NCBI GenBank assembly: GCA_030603385.1
Contig: JAUVXW010000030.1
Location: forward strand, 1-57,970
Length of the DNA stretch: 57,970 nt
From: Promethearchaeota archaeon
GTDB lineage: Archaea > Asgardarchaeota > Lokiarchaeia > Sigyniarchaeales > SOKP01
Direction: 5' to 3'
In this document: positions 32,171 through 41,725 of the stretch, in pieces
Numbering within the stretch: the first letter of the stretch is position 1
How the letters are laid out: each line of letters begins with the position of its first letter
Notes under the pieces: generated by a model
Told to the model about the DNA's origin: nothing
What the model saw: only the letters and a program-made list of their open reading frames with translations
Databases searched by the model: none
Made by a program: the position numbers and the translations under genes

Positions 32171-33061
32171 TTAGGCTGTATTAAAATTAAAACTAACATG
32201 TTGTAAAAATTCCTTATACCTCGAGCGTAAGGTTACCTCTGTAACCCTTATCACCTTTGAAATATCTTTTTGGCTTACTTTTTGGTTCTTTAGTTTTGCT
32301 ACTAAATAAATCGCTCCTGCACATAACCCTTTTGGATCTTTACCACAGATAGAAGTAGAATTTATGAAACTTTTTAACACTTTTATTGCTTCCTTCTCTA
32401 TATTGATACCTAATCCTAAATCCGCACAATATCTTGGAATTAATGCAACTGGATCGATATGTGGAGATTTTAGGTTCAATTCTCGTACTAAAATCTTATA
32501 GCACTTTTTTACAATATTATCATTAATTGAAGCCTCACCTAAGATCTCCTGAAGTGTAATAGGTACTCTTTCTTTTTTGCATACATAATACGCACATGCC
32601 GCAATCATCCCATTTATTGACCTTCCCCGTAATAAATTCTTTTTAAATACCTCTTTGTAAAGACGAACTGCTGCCTTTTTAACACGCTCTGGAAAATTTA
32701 AATTGCCGCCAATTCTTTTTAATTCAGTTATAGCTATAAGCATATTTCTCTTTTCCCATGATAAATGCGTATTCCACTTAGCTGCCCTTCTTAAATCAGG
32801 ATTCTTGATCTTTGTTCTATCAATGATAGTACTCAAACCAATATCCGGCATTAAAATGGATATAGGACAGCCTGTCCGCTCTTTTTTATCCTTCTCTTGT
32901 TTTGAATAGGCTCTTATACCACTGTGAGAAATATCAAATTCTTTCTCATTTACAACCAAGCCACATTGCTGGCACACTGTCTCCCCTCTCTGATGGATAG
33001 AGATTGTACCTCCGCCACATTCAGGACAAAAATTCGCCTGAGGAGTTATTTCAACAACCAT
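32171..33061 (-). CDS. tfb: Transcription initiation factor IIB (TFB) paralog
   Basis: Zn ribbon CPEC..VCQQCGLV, two cyclin folds, GRS, GKDPKG, VTEVTLRSRY. Confidence 0.92.
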   Translation of the reverse strand: MVVEITPQANFCPECGGGTISIHQRGETVCQQCGLVVNEKEFDISHSGIRAYSKQEKDKKERTGCPISILMPDIGLSTIIDRTKIKNPDLRRAAKWNTHLSWEKRNMLIAITELKRIGGNLNFPERVKKAAVRLYKEVFKKNLLRGRSINGMIAACAYYVCKKERVPITLQEILGEASINDNIVKKCYKILVRELNLKSPHIDPVALIPRYCADLGLGINIEKEAIKVLKSFINSTSICGKDPKGLCAGAIYLVAKLKNQKVSQKDISKVIRVTEVTLRSRYKEFLQHVSFNFNTA

Positions 33062-33497
33062 TATTTCTTACCTTAACCCAAATCTTATGATATTAATTTT
33101 TTTAATAGTTTTTTTCTACACACAAACCTAATAATTTTTTTGTACACAGAGAAAATATTGGTGTAAAAAACTTTTTTAGTTATAACAAAAGATGCTATTC
33201 TAGTATATAAATCTTTTCGTTATAAAAATTCCTTTATATATGCACTATCTTTGTATAAAAAATTATCTAGGTAAATATTTTTGTTATGTTTTTCCTTGTA
33301 AAAAACTTATATCTTATTGTTTTTGAAACAATATATTATTATCGTGATATTATTTATTGTAAAAAATATTTGGCTATACTCAATTTTGTCGCCTTTTAGA
33401 TAATTGATGTGTTATAATTGTTAAATCACTACAAAAATGTTAAAAAATAGGAGTTATAAAAATATTGATATGTAATAAAAAATGCATACAATCATAA

Positions 33498-33515
33498 TTT
33501 GTATACAAAAACTTT
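33498..33515. promoter_or_regulatory. Candidate operator: palindrome TTTGTATACAAA (+AACTTT)
   Basis: Perfect 12-bp palindrome 33498..33509; GTATACAAAAACTTT recurs at 34816..34830. Confidence 0.45.
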
Positions 33516-33760
33516 CTATGATTATCTCATACTTGGTGAAAATTTTATTCCTACGTATAACCTTCAAAATTTAACTAATGAAAAAACATTAAATACAAGT
33601 TCTTTTATTAGGTTTTCAACTAAAACTATCGATAGCAATTAGTGGTCAAAAAATTCCACCTCCAAATAATACAGAGGAAAATACCGACAATTCTGAAGAC
33701 ATCTCGGAAGATGGGGATTTAAAAAAAATTGATAATAATTCCATTGAGAAAACTGAAGAG

Positions 33761-34603
33761 ATGAAAAGCTATGAAAGAGAAACTAATCGATATGCGGTGT
33801 GGCGCGGAGTAATAACTGAAGGTTTTAAAAAATGGCAAAAAGGAGAAAAGATTTATCAACGGGACAAAGAACGGATTTCTTTATATGTTTCTGAAGATAC
33901 TAAAGCGAAATGGTTAGATTATACCAAAAATGATGGTAGTTTAACTATTTCAAAATTAATTAGGGGAGCAGTAGACACATTCATTGAAAGTCAAGAGCAT
34001 TTAAAAGGTACTAAATTAGGCAAGTTAAACCCTGAAACCATTTCTAGCATTTCTCATACATTGAAAGAACCACTTACTTCGATAAAAGGATATTCGCAAT
34101 TACTTCTTGAGAATTACAGAGAAAAATTAAATGAACAAGTATTAGATACGGTAAAGAATATATTTGAGCAGAGTGTTCTACTTGAAAAGAAAATAATTAA
34201 TATTTTAGATAATATTAAGGTAAAACCTGAATATGATGTTCTATTAATCGAAGATGATTTATCAACCATTCGTCTTATTAAGAGTTATTTCGAAAGTAAA
34301 GGGATTAAATGTAAGGGTGTTGTTAGTGGTTCTAAAGGGTTGGAAGAATTAGGGAATGCTATTCCGAAGCTTATTTTGTTAGATATAATTTTACCGGATT
34401 TAAGTGGATATGATATATGTAAAACGATTAAGTCTGATAAAGAATATAAAAATATTCCAGTTTATTTCTTAACCGCAATATCTGGTTCTGAAGTGAAAAA
34501 GAATTTAGATGAAACTAATGCTGATGGCTATATATTAAAACCTTTTAATTTTTCTGATTTTGAAATTGTATTTGATATCTTAAAAGGTAAGAAAGAAAAA
34601 TAA
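33761..34603 (+). CDS. Response regulator with RHH-like and HisKA domains (no HATPase), paralog 1
   Basis: ERISLYVSE..TISKLIRGAV (RHH-like); ISHTLKEPLTSIKGY (HisKA); IEDD, ILLDIILPD, LTA, KPF (REC). Possible ATT start at 33638. Confidence 0.85.
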   Translation: MKSYERETNRYAVWRGVITEGFKKWQKGEKIYQRDKERISLYVSEDTKAKWLDYTKNDGSLTISKLIRGAVDTFIESQEHLKGTKLGKLNPETISSISHTLKEPLTSIKGYSQLLLENYREKLNEQVLDTVKNIFEQSVLLEKKIINILDNIKVKPEYDVLLIEDDLSTIRLIKSYFESKGIKCKGVVSGSKGLEELGNAIPKLILLDIILPDLSGYDICKTIKSDKEYKNIPVYFLTAISGSEVKKNLDETNADGYILKPFNFSDFEIVFDILKGKKEK

Positions 34604-34815
34604 ACAAATCTTTAAAATTTTCTTTTTACTGATTTCACAATCAACTAACTATAGTTCCTTATAAACCATATTTACATAACATATTAATATTTATAATAAA
34701 AAAGATTTATTAAATGATAAAAATATACAAATTATTGTAAACAATCATTTTATAGACGATTATTTTTATAAAAAAAGAAAGAAAATATAATAATAGATAC
34801 AAATTTTAATAAGAA

Positions 34816-34830
34816 GTATACAAAAACTTT
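34816..34830. promoter_or_regulatory. Second copy of candidate operator GTATACAAAAACTTT, overlapping a TATA-like TTTTATAA
   Basis: Identical 15-mer to 33501..33515. Confidence 0.45.
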
Positions 34831-34966
34831 TATAATATTTATTTTACAAATTTATCAAAGTAATAGTATTAAAACCTAGAGAGTTGGAGAGAAAATTTCG
34901 GGCGAAAAAAATAAAAATAAAAACAAAAAGGAAGAAAATACTGAAGACAATCCCGAAAGAGTTAGT

Positions 34967-35857
34967 ATGACAGATGAGGAGATCGCAAAGTTAGATTTAG
35001 AAAGCGCACATACTAAAGATTTAATGGAAATTTACCAAAAAGACACTGATAAATATGCAATTTGGCGTGGAACTATAACTGAGGGATTTAAAAAGTGGCT
35101 AAAAGGAGAGAAAATTTACGATCGAGATAAAGAAAGAATATCCTTATACGTTTCTGAGGAGACTAAAATCAATTGGCAAAACTTTAAGGAATCTCACGAA
35201 TATTCAACAATATCAGCATTAATTAGAGATAGCGTAGATTATTACATTGAGAAAAAGTCGGATTTACTGAGTGGTGGATTAAAAGGGATGAATGAAAAAA
35301 CTCTATCCAATATTTCACATGCCCTAAAGGAACCATTAACAACTATCAAAGGATTTAGCCAACTGCTTTTAGAAAATTATAAAGAGGAATTAGATGGAGA
35401 AGTATTATCGACTATTAAAAATATCTTTGATCAAAGTATGCTTCTTGAAAATAAGATTATTAGCATTCTAGATGATATAAACACGGATGAGATTGAGCCA
35501 CAGTATGATATACTATTAATTGAAGACGATTTAGCGACCATTCGGCTGTTGACCAGCTATTTTGAAAGTAAAGGTTATAAATGTAAAGGCGTAGTGAGTG
35601 GTACTAAAGGTATTGATGAACTAAGGGCTGGAGTACCTAAATTAATATTGCTAGATATTATTCTACCAGATATATCCGGTTACGAAATCTGCAAAATGAT
35701 TAAAGAACATCAGAAATACAAAGAAATCCCGATCTTTTTATTAACTGCTATACCTGGTAGTGAAGTCGAAAAGAAAATGCCTGAAACTAAAGCAGATGGC
35801 TACATTTTGAAGCCCTTCGATTTTTCCGATTTTGAAATATTATTTCAGCATATGTAA
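34967..35857 (+). CDS. Response regulator with RHH-like and HisKA domains (no HATPase), paralog 2
   Basis: Same architecture as paralog 1; possible ATT start at 34895. Confidence 0.85.
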   Translation: MTDEEIAKLDLESAHTKDLMEIYQKDTDKYAIWRGTITEGFKKWLKGEKIYDRDKERISLYVSEETKINWQNFKESHEYSTISALIRDSVDYYIEKKSDLLSGGLKGMNEKTLSNISHALKEPLTTIKGFSQLLLENYKEELDGEVLSTIKNIFDQSMLLENKIISILDDINTDEIEPQYDILLIEDDLATIRLLTSYFESKGYKCKGVVSGTKGIDELRAGVPKLILLDIILPDISGYEICKMIKEHQKYKEIPIFLLTAIPGSEVEKKMPETKADGYILKPFDFSDFEILFQHM

Positions 35858-35956
35858 ATCTTTTGAGCCAAAATCAAAATTTGCTTCTCATTTTATTAGT
35901 CTTATTTCTCAAGAAAATAATTAAGTTTGATATTAAATAATTTAAGAAATAAATCG

Positions 35957-36030
35957 CGGGCTATGAGGGATTTGAACCCCCGACCTGCCGGTTAAGAGCC
36001 GGTTGCGCTACCTGCCTGCGCCAATAGCCC
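35957..36030 (-). tRNA. tRNA-Lys(CTT)
   Basis: Acceptor GGGCTAT, anticodon arm ACCGG-CT-CTT-AA-CCGGC, T loop GTTCAAATC. Confidence 0.93.
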
Positions 36031-36066
36031 TTGCGTTTAGAATCAAAAGATTTCTTATTATATAGA

Positions 36067-36168
36067 CGCAGATGGAGGGACTCGAACCCCCGAGCGCTCA
36101 TGCGCACCAGCTCACTTGAATGTAAGAAATACTCAAGGCTGGCGTCTTACCAGCTAGGCTACATCTGC
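36067..36168 (-). tRNA. tRNA-Ser(TGA) with 19-nt intron at 37/38 (36113..36131)
   Basis: Acceptor GCAGATG/CATCTGC, anticodon stem CCAGC/GCTGG, long variable arm. Intron helix CTTG/CAAG with bulges AG|T and TG|A. Confidence 0.88.
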
Positions 36169-36303
36169 TAATTTTTTGACATTTATTGATTAACTTAGAT
36201 TATATTTATTATAATAAATTTTTTTTTGTTTTTTATTGCTTTATGCCTAATTCTGTCTTGTATTTAAAGAAAAATATAAATTTTATGCTACATTTTTAAA
36301 AAT

Positions 36304-36792
36304 ATGAGCGGGGCAAAAGATTTTCGTTACTTAATACCGGAAAGCTTATTTAAAGATATAACTCAAAAAGCAGCAGATGAATATCCGATGATTTGCCACG
36401 GCTGGTTGTTTGCCGATCGTAAGGAGAATTTCGGAATCTGCACTAAATTCATTATGAATACGGACTTACGCAAAAATAAAGTTCATGTAAAACCAAGAAG
36501 CTGGATGAGATATAAAAAATCTAAGATCTATAATATGCGGAAATTTAAACAAGAACTTGAGGTCGATATAGTGTGGCAATGGCACTCTCATCCGAGCGGT
36601 AACGAGAAGCTTCACGCTATTGATAAAAGAATCTTGAAATATCTCTCAAATGGGGTTATGATAATCGTCGTGCCAGCAGTACCAAATAGAGAGCCAGAAC
36701 AAAAAGCGCATCTTGTAGGGTGGTATTACGATAAACGATATACAAAAAAGCCGATCATCGAAAAAATGGTTTTTGAGATAATATCTGAATAA
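36304..36792 (+). CDS. JAB/MPN-domain protein
   Basis: WQWHSHPSG......D JAMM-like motif. Confidence 0.75.
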   Translation: MSGAKDFRYLIPESLFKDITQKAADEYPMICHGWLFADRKENFGICTKFIMNTDLRKNKVHVKPRSWMRYKKSKIYNMRKFKQELEVDIVWQWHSHPSGNEKLHAIDKRILKYLSNGVMIIVVPAVPNREPEQKAHLVGWYYDKRYTKKPIIEKMVFEIISE

Positions 36793-36903
36793 TTTAAATT
36801 TTATCCTTAAAATATTCCTTTTTCTTTTCTTTTTTGTGAGATAATAAAATATTAAAATTTTGAATCGTTATATTGAAATTGTATCATATCAAATAATTGC
36901 AAA

Positions 36904-36986
36904 GCAATCGTAGCAAAGCCTGGTATTGCGCTGGATTGCTAATCCAGTGTCCTACGGACTCGTGGGTTCGAATCCCACCGATTGCG
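36904..36986 (+). tRNA. tRNA-Ser(GCT)
   Basis: Acceptor GCAATCG/CGATTGC, CTGGA-TT-GCT-AA-TCCAG, long variable arm, GTTCGAATC. Confidence 0.93.
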
Positions 36987-36995
36987 CTCAATTAA

Positions 36996-37068
36996 GGGCC
37001 AGTGGTCTAGTGGTTATGACGCCTCGCTTACACCGAGGAAATCGGGAGTTCAATCCTCTCCTGGCCCA
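36996..37068 (+). tRNA. tRNA-Val(TAC)
   Basis: Acceptor GGGCCAG/CTGGCCC, CCTCG-CT-TAC-AC-CGAGG, GTTCAATCC. Confidence 0.93.
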
Positions 37069-37080
37069 CTATTATTAAAA

Positions 37081-37875
37081 TTAGTTATACAACTTTCTGA
37101 TTCTTTTCGGCTGTAATACACTAAACTTACAATTTTCTAGGTCTTTTCCAATATGAGAGATGATCCCTGGAGCATCGGAATCTTGTTTTAATAACACTAG
37201 ATTTTCTAAGAAACCAAATCTCTTTACGGTAATTATATCCCTAAAGTGACCTTTTCTCGCAATTGCTTTTTTAAATTGTCCCTTAGTCTCCCCACTTAAA
37301 ATTATAGCTTCTAGATTCTCATTCATAATCTTTTTAAAGAGGTTTAGCGAATTAGGGGCAATTTCTCCCTGAATTTTATGGTTTTCTTTATCTATTTTGA
37401 TAATTTTCACTTCTATAGGAAAATGATCTATAAAATCATAGGCTTCAATTATCTCTGTTAAAGACTTTTCACGCCCTTTACATAACTGATCTCTGAGCGT
37501 GTGTAAATTTATTAAAACATCAACTTGAGGGTTCATAATTCCACAATCCATAAATAAACCGAAACCAACTCTTCCTACATCAATAAGTGTACCCTTACAA
37601 ATGTCGCCCTTTTTGATATCCTTTAACTCTTTTATGCTCCCAATTTCATTTTTTAAGAGATTAAACACAAAAACCTCTTCAGGACCACTGATAGTTACTT
37701 CGAATCTCTTATCAAATTCTCTTAATTTTTTTATTTTCAATGTGGTATTTGGAAAACCTTTAACTCGCTCTCTTAAATACTTTAAGTATCTTAGGAATAT
37801 ATCTTCCTTTTTCCTTTCTTTAGAAACTATATAAATTTTATCAAATAAAACTAAATTTTTAACCATAGATAACAC
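37081..37875 (-). CDS. Conserved archaeal protein, DUF2110-like (S1-type fold)
   Basis: GTLIDVGRVGFGLFMDCG, GHFRDI, DAPGII motifs. Confidence 0.7.
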   Translation of the reverse strand: MLSMVKNLVLFDKIYIVSKERKKEDIFLRYLKYLRERVKGFPNTTLKIKKLREFDKRFEVTISGPEEVFVFNLLKNEIGSIKELKDIKKGDICKGTLIDVGRVGFGLFMDCGIMNPQVDVLINLHTLRDQLCKGREKSLTEIIEAYDFIDHFPIEVKIIKIDKENHKIQGEIAPNSLNLFKKIMNENLEAIILSGETKGQFKKAIARKGHFRDIITVKRFGFLENLVLLKQDSDAPGIISHIGKDLENCKFSVLQPKRIRKLYN

Positions 37876-38041
37876 AAAGTAGCTAAAAGCTAAAGGAATT
37901 TAAGTATTTTAATATGTAAAAGGTAAAATACTTTTCCTATATATCAAACTATAGTTTTTTTCGTTCTAAAAAGACTTAAATTACTAAATTATTATTTTTC
38001 AATGTAACTAAAAACAGATTTAATTTGATAGATGAAAAAGT

Positions 38042-38413
38042 ATGGAAGAGCAAAGATTTCAAGTATTAGTTAAAGCTTTAGAAGAACAAGAAGGAGTAGA
38101 AGAAATTTTTCTGTTAAATAGTGATGGAGAGGCTGTCTACAAGTCAGGAGATTTTCAATTATCCAATGAAGAAGCAAAAGCAATTCTTACTGCATGGAAA
38201 ACAAAAGAACCTGCCATTATGTTTCAAAACAATCGATTTGCAGTTTTAAAAAATGATGATATTCAATTAGCTGCTAAGAATATTGGTGGTGGAAAAGGCA
38301 ATATCGTTGGTTCAATTACAAAGGAAGGAGATTATTTAGTTGTGCACACTCGGGATGAGGGTCTGATCATATTAGAATGGTCAATTTTTATTAATAAAGT
38401 TGCATGGTCATAA
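38042..38413 (+). CDS. Profilin-like protein (Asgard type)
   Basis: 123 aa; IFLLNSDG, IMFQNNRFAVL, KNIGGGKGNIV pattern resembles Asgard profilins. Confidence 0.65.
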   Translation: MEEQRFQVLVKALEEQEGVEEIFLLNSDGEAVYKSGDFQLSNEEAKAILTAWKTKEPAIMFQNNRFAVLKNDDIQLAAKNIGGGKGNIVGSITKEGDYLVVHTRDEGLIILEWSIFINKVAWS

Positions 38414-38610
38414 TTTGCTATAATAATAAGATAAATAATTCAATCCTTCTCTACCTTGTTTTTTCAATCAAATTTTACTCTTTTTTTAAATTATTTAACC
38501 AATTCACACACACTTCTTCCTAAGAAACCTTATTATTTGATTGATTCTATTTAATAAAAATTCTGTTATGTTATATTCAACGAAAATCTTGAAAAGAAGA
38601 AAAAAAGAAT

Positions 38611-40926
38611 TTAACTAAATAGGTATCTAATAAACATTAAATTTTTACAGATCTTAGTGAATTCACTCTGTTCTCGCCTCCTATCACCGATACGCTGATA
38701 TCCAATCAAAACTCCGTTCTCTTTAAAAGAATTCATGACATTCACAATACTATCAGTATCACTACTATCATATAAAGATAAATCAAAATTTGCTACAACT
38801 GGAGCACTTACATAATCTTGCGTTTGCGGTCTTGAATTATAAAGATTTAATCCCTCACTAGAAGATAAACTCAAAGCACCAAATAATAAGTTGAATGCAC
38901 ATAAATCTTGTACCAAACTGCCGGAACTGTCCGTCTCACGTAATACAAAAGTCTGGTGATCAACTAAAAGACCGCCTAATATCTTTATAAAATCATCAGT
39001 AAAATCGGCTAGACTCTCTTGGTTAAGGATAAAAATTTGATCAGCTCCAGTATTCTCTGCATCTGGGAAAAATGTTAGATAAGATGCACGTCTCGAGTAC
39101 GCAAACCCGTCAAAATAAGTAGTGAAAGGACATATCTCAATATTATGCCCGTTTTGTAAGTCTGCAACCAATTTTTTCAAGAAATTTCCAAAGTTGACAA
39201 TCTCATTTCTTTGGGCTCTTAGAATGTTCTCTGTGTAATATTCTACAACTCCTTTATAAGGTGTCCTCCGTACCCCTTCGCCCTCTGTATGAGGATGAAT
39301 TCTTGCTGGATACAACGAATCAGTTATCAATTTCACATCCTTAGATTGAAAATAATTATTAAATATCAACGCATCCAGTTTAACGGCCTTCAAGCCCTCT
39401 AAAGTACTTGGGAAGCCAGACACTTTGAGCTTAAGGACGAACCACTTAGAATTATCTGCGCCTCCCGAGAGGAAATATTCTAATAATCGACCTCTTGTTT
39501 TTACACTTCCCTTATCTGCGAATATCATAAAGTTTAATGATTCTGCAATCATTAACAATAACATCGATTTCTGAGAAGGTGTGATTAAATTATCTCGGAT
39601 AGCCTTGTCAATTTTATCTTCATATATATCCAAAAAGGTGAAATATAGTTCTGCATTTCCAGGGACTCTTGTCTTAAAAGGATCCACTTGTCTATCAGGT
39701 ATAGTAAATACTTCTCTTGCTGTGATGTAGGATAAGAAATCATAGAAACTGGGGAGATTGCTTCTGGAAATCTCTGTCGCATCTTTATAAAGTGGAGCCC
39801 ACCTTTCTGTTGGAAGAGCTGGCATAAGATCAACAACAAAATCATTGAGCCCAGTCTGTAAATTTTCTGCTATTCCTAGAGTATATAGATCCAAGAGAAT
39901 ATTTTGAGCTCTGTAATATGTATTTCTGCTTAATAATTTTCCGAGTCTGGACTGTGGAATAATATCATGGAGCAATGAAATATGAGTATCTTTAGCGTGA
40001 GTGAAAAACGCTTGCCAAGTATGAGCGATAACTTGGGCATTATAATCTTTCGCAAACAGTGACCCTGTTCTAAAGGCAATGAAGGTAAACCTACCAAAGA
40101 TGGTGACTATTAATTCTTTTATTATCTTTGCTAATTGCAGATCATTATCATCAAAATATTGACCATCGGAAAAAGGAACTTTGGATTTAATACCTGAAGA
40201 CTTAATGAAAGCTTCATAATCCTTACCTTGATAAACATAGTCGGTGAAGATTTGATACCATGCTTTGTACCAGTCTTTTTCAGATTGCTTCTTTATTATT
40301 AAACTGCTGACTTTATATTCGTTACCTTCATTTCTTACATCGTTATAGCAAATCTTATATAATAAATTATTAGGATCTTTAAAGTTAATACCACCTAGTA
40401 AGTCTTTGAGTAGTTGTCCAACTTTTTCCAAGGTAAGACCCGAACTCACGATACCATTTTTTATAAAAGAATTTAAGTTGGAAAAAATATCATTAATAGG
40501 AAGAATTGAGGGAGTCTTAGTGGTAGCAAGCTGCATTGATATTAAACTATCAATCTTTGATAATAATTCTTTTGCTTCTGATTTCATCTCTTCAGTTATT
40601 CTATAGAAATTCAACCAATCAGTCTCAGTCAATTTTCCTTTTTTAGATTTAGAAAAGCCTTGAAAATCTGCGTAATACTCTTTAAAATATTTATATTTAA
40701 GATCATATTTCAAAAATGGTGATATCAGATTTGTCTTAGAGATTGCAATTTGATAAGAGTCTCCAAATCGAGTAAAAATGCTACTGACAACCTGAAGACC
40801 ATATTGTTTACCCCCAGTCTCCAGAATATTATCTTCAAACGCAGTTTTAACGTAGTAGTTATCCGACCACCATTCAACACCATAATCATTTATAACATCG
40901 TCTTTAAACATAAACCTGTTATACAA
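38611..40926 (-). CDS. Large hypothetical protein (771 aa or more)
   Basis: Uninterrupted 2.3-kb ORF; frame open about 43 more codons upstream. No recognised motif. Confidence 0.75.
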   Translation of the reverse strand: MYNRFMFKDDVINDYGVEWWSDNYYVKTAFEDNILETGGKQYGLQVVSSIFTRFGDSYQIAISKTNLISPFLKYDLKYKYFKEYYADFQGFSKSKKGKLTETDWLNFYRITEEMKSEAKELLSKIDSLISMQLATTKTPSILPINDIFSNLNSFIKNGIVSSGLTLEKVGQLLKDLLGGINFKDPNNLLYKICYNDVRNEGNEYKVSSLIIKKQSEKDWYKAWYQIFTDYVYQGKDYEAFIKSSGIKSKVPFSDGQYFDDNDLQLAKIIKELIVTIFGRFTFIAFRTGSLFAKDYNAQVIAHTWQAFFTHAKDTHISLLHDIIPQSRLGKLLSRNTYYRAQNILLDLYTLGIAENLQTGLNDFVVDLMPALPTERWAPLYKDATEISRSNLPSFYDFLSYITAREVFTIPDRQVDPFKTRVPGNAELYFTFLDIYEDKIDKAIRDNLITPSQKSMLLLMIAESLNFMIFADKGSVKTRGRLLEYFLSGGADNSKWFVLKLKVSGFPSTLEGLKAVKLDALIFNNYFQSKDVKLITDSLYPARIHPHTEGEGVRRTPYKGVVEYYTENILRAQRNEIVNFGNFLKKLVADLQNGHNIEICPFTTYFDGFAYSRRASYLTFFPDAENTGADQIFILNQESLADFTDDFIKILGGLLVDHQTFVLRETDSSGSLVQDLCAFNLLFGALSLSSSEGLNLYNSRPQTQDYVSAPVVANFDLSLYDSSDTDSIVNVMNSFKENGVLIGYQRIGDRRREQSEFTKICKNLMFIRYLFS

Positions 40927-41725
40927 TTTGTTCCCATTATGATCTGTTAAGATTACTTGATGAATATTTCCTGATGAGTCTAAATATCCTAGAACATAAC
41001 CTTTTTCAGCGATCTTGTAAGGATCATTACTACTGAATGGGAATATTCACACCACTCAATATTTAAGATTACCACAAAAGGCAAGAGATTTGCCCTCTAT
41101 TTATCCACCCATCATCCTTATTTGTTCAACAATTATCGTCATTTTGACTTGGAAGACATATATGCGCAATATAAACGTCATTCCTCACGGGTAACACTAA
41201 TAAGATATCTCCTGTTTTTTTTCTTAGGTATCCTAATTTTTAGCCTGTTAGCAGGTGCCATTATTCTAATAGGTATTAGTCTCAAAGGAATATTATGGGT
41301 ACCTCAAATTTCAACTCAATGCTCTATTCAATGTCATAGGTGCCTATTGGCATTGATGTGATAAGGGATAAATATTCGTAGCAGTAAGGGTTTCATTTGA
41401 CGAAAAGCTGGGGGAGAACTAGAGTAAAAGTTGTCTTGTAGTTTAGTAAAATAAGAATTTCCCTTTTTTCTCCATATAAATAATAAGGTTTCTTAGGATT
41501 GTTTATTGCCTCTAAACTTTTTTGTTTAAAATCTCTAAATTTTTTGGTTTAGTGTTTTGTCTTAATTTTTATATTTTAGTATTTTTTATATAGACAAAAT
41601 ATAAATTTCATTAATTATTTCATTGTTCATAATAGAATTAAAAAGAAATGTAAAAAAATAACATAAATTAAAAGAATTAAGTAAATGTTTAAGGATTTTA
41701 ATCCAAATAAGGAGGTTATTAAAAA

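Noticed and set aside
41122-41361. 79-aa plus-strand ORF
   Set aside because: TTG start, no motif, lies in degenerate-looking DNA; not supportable.
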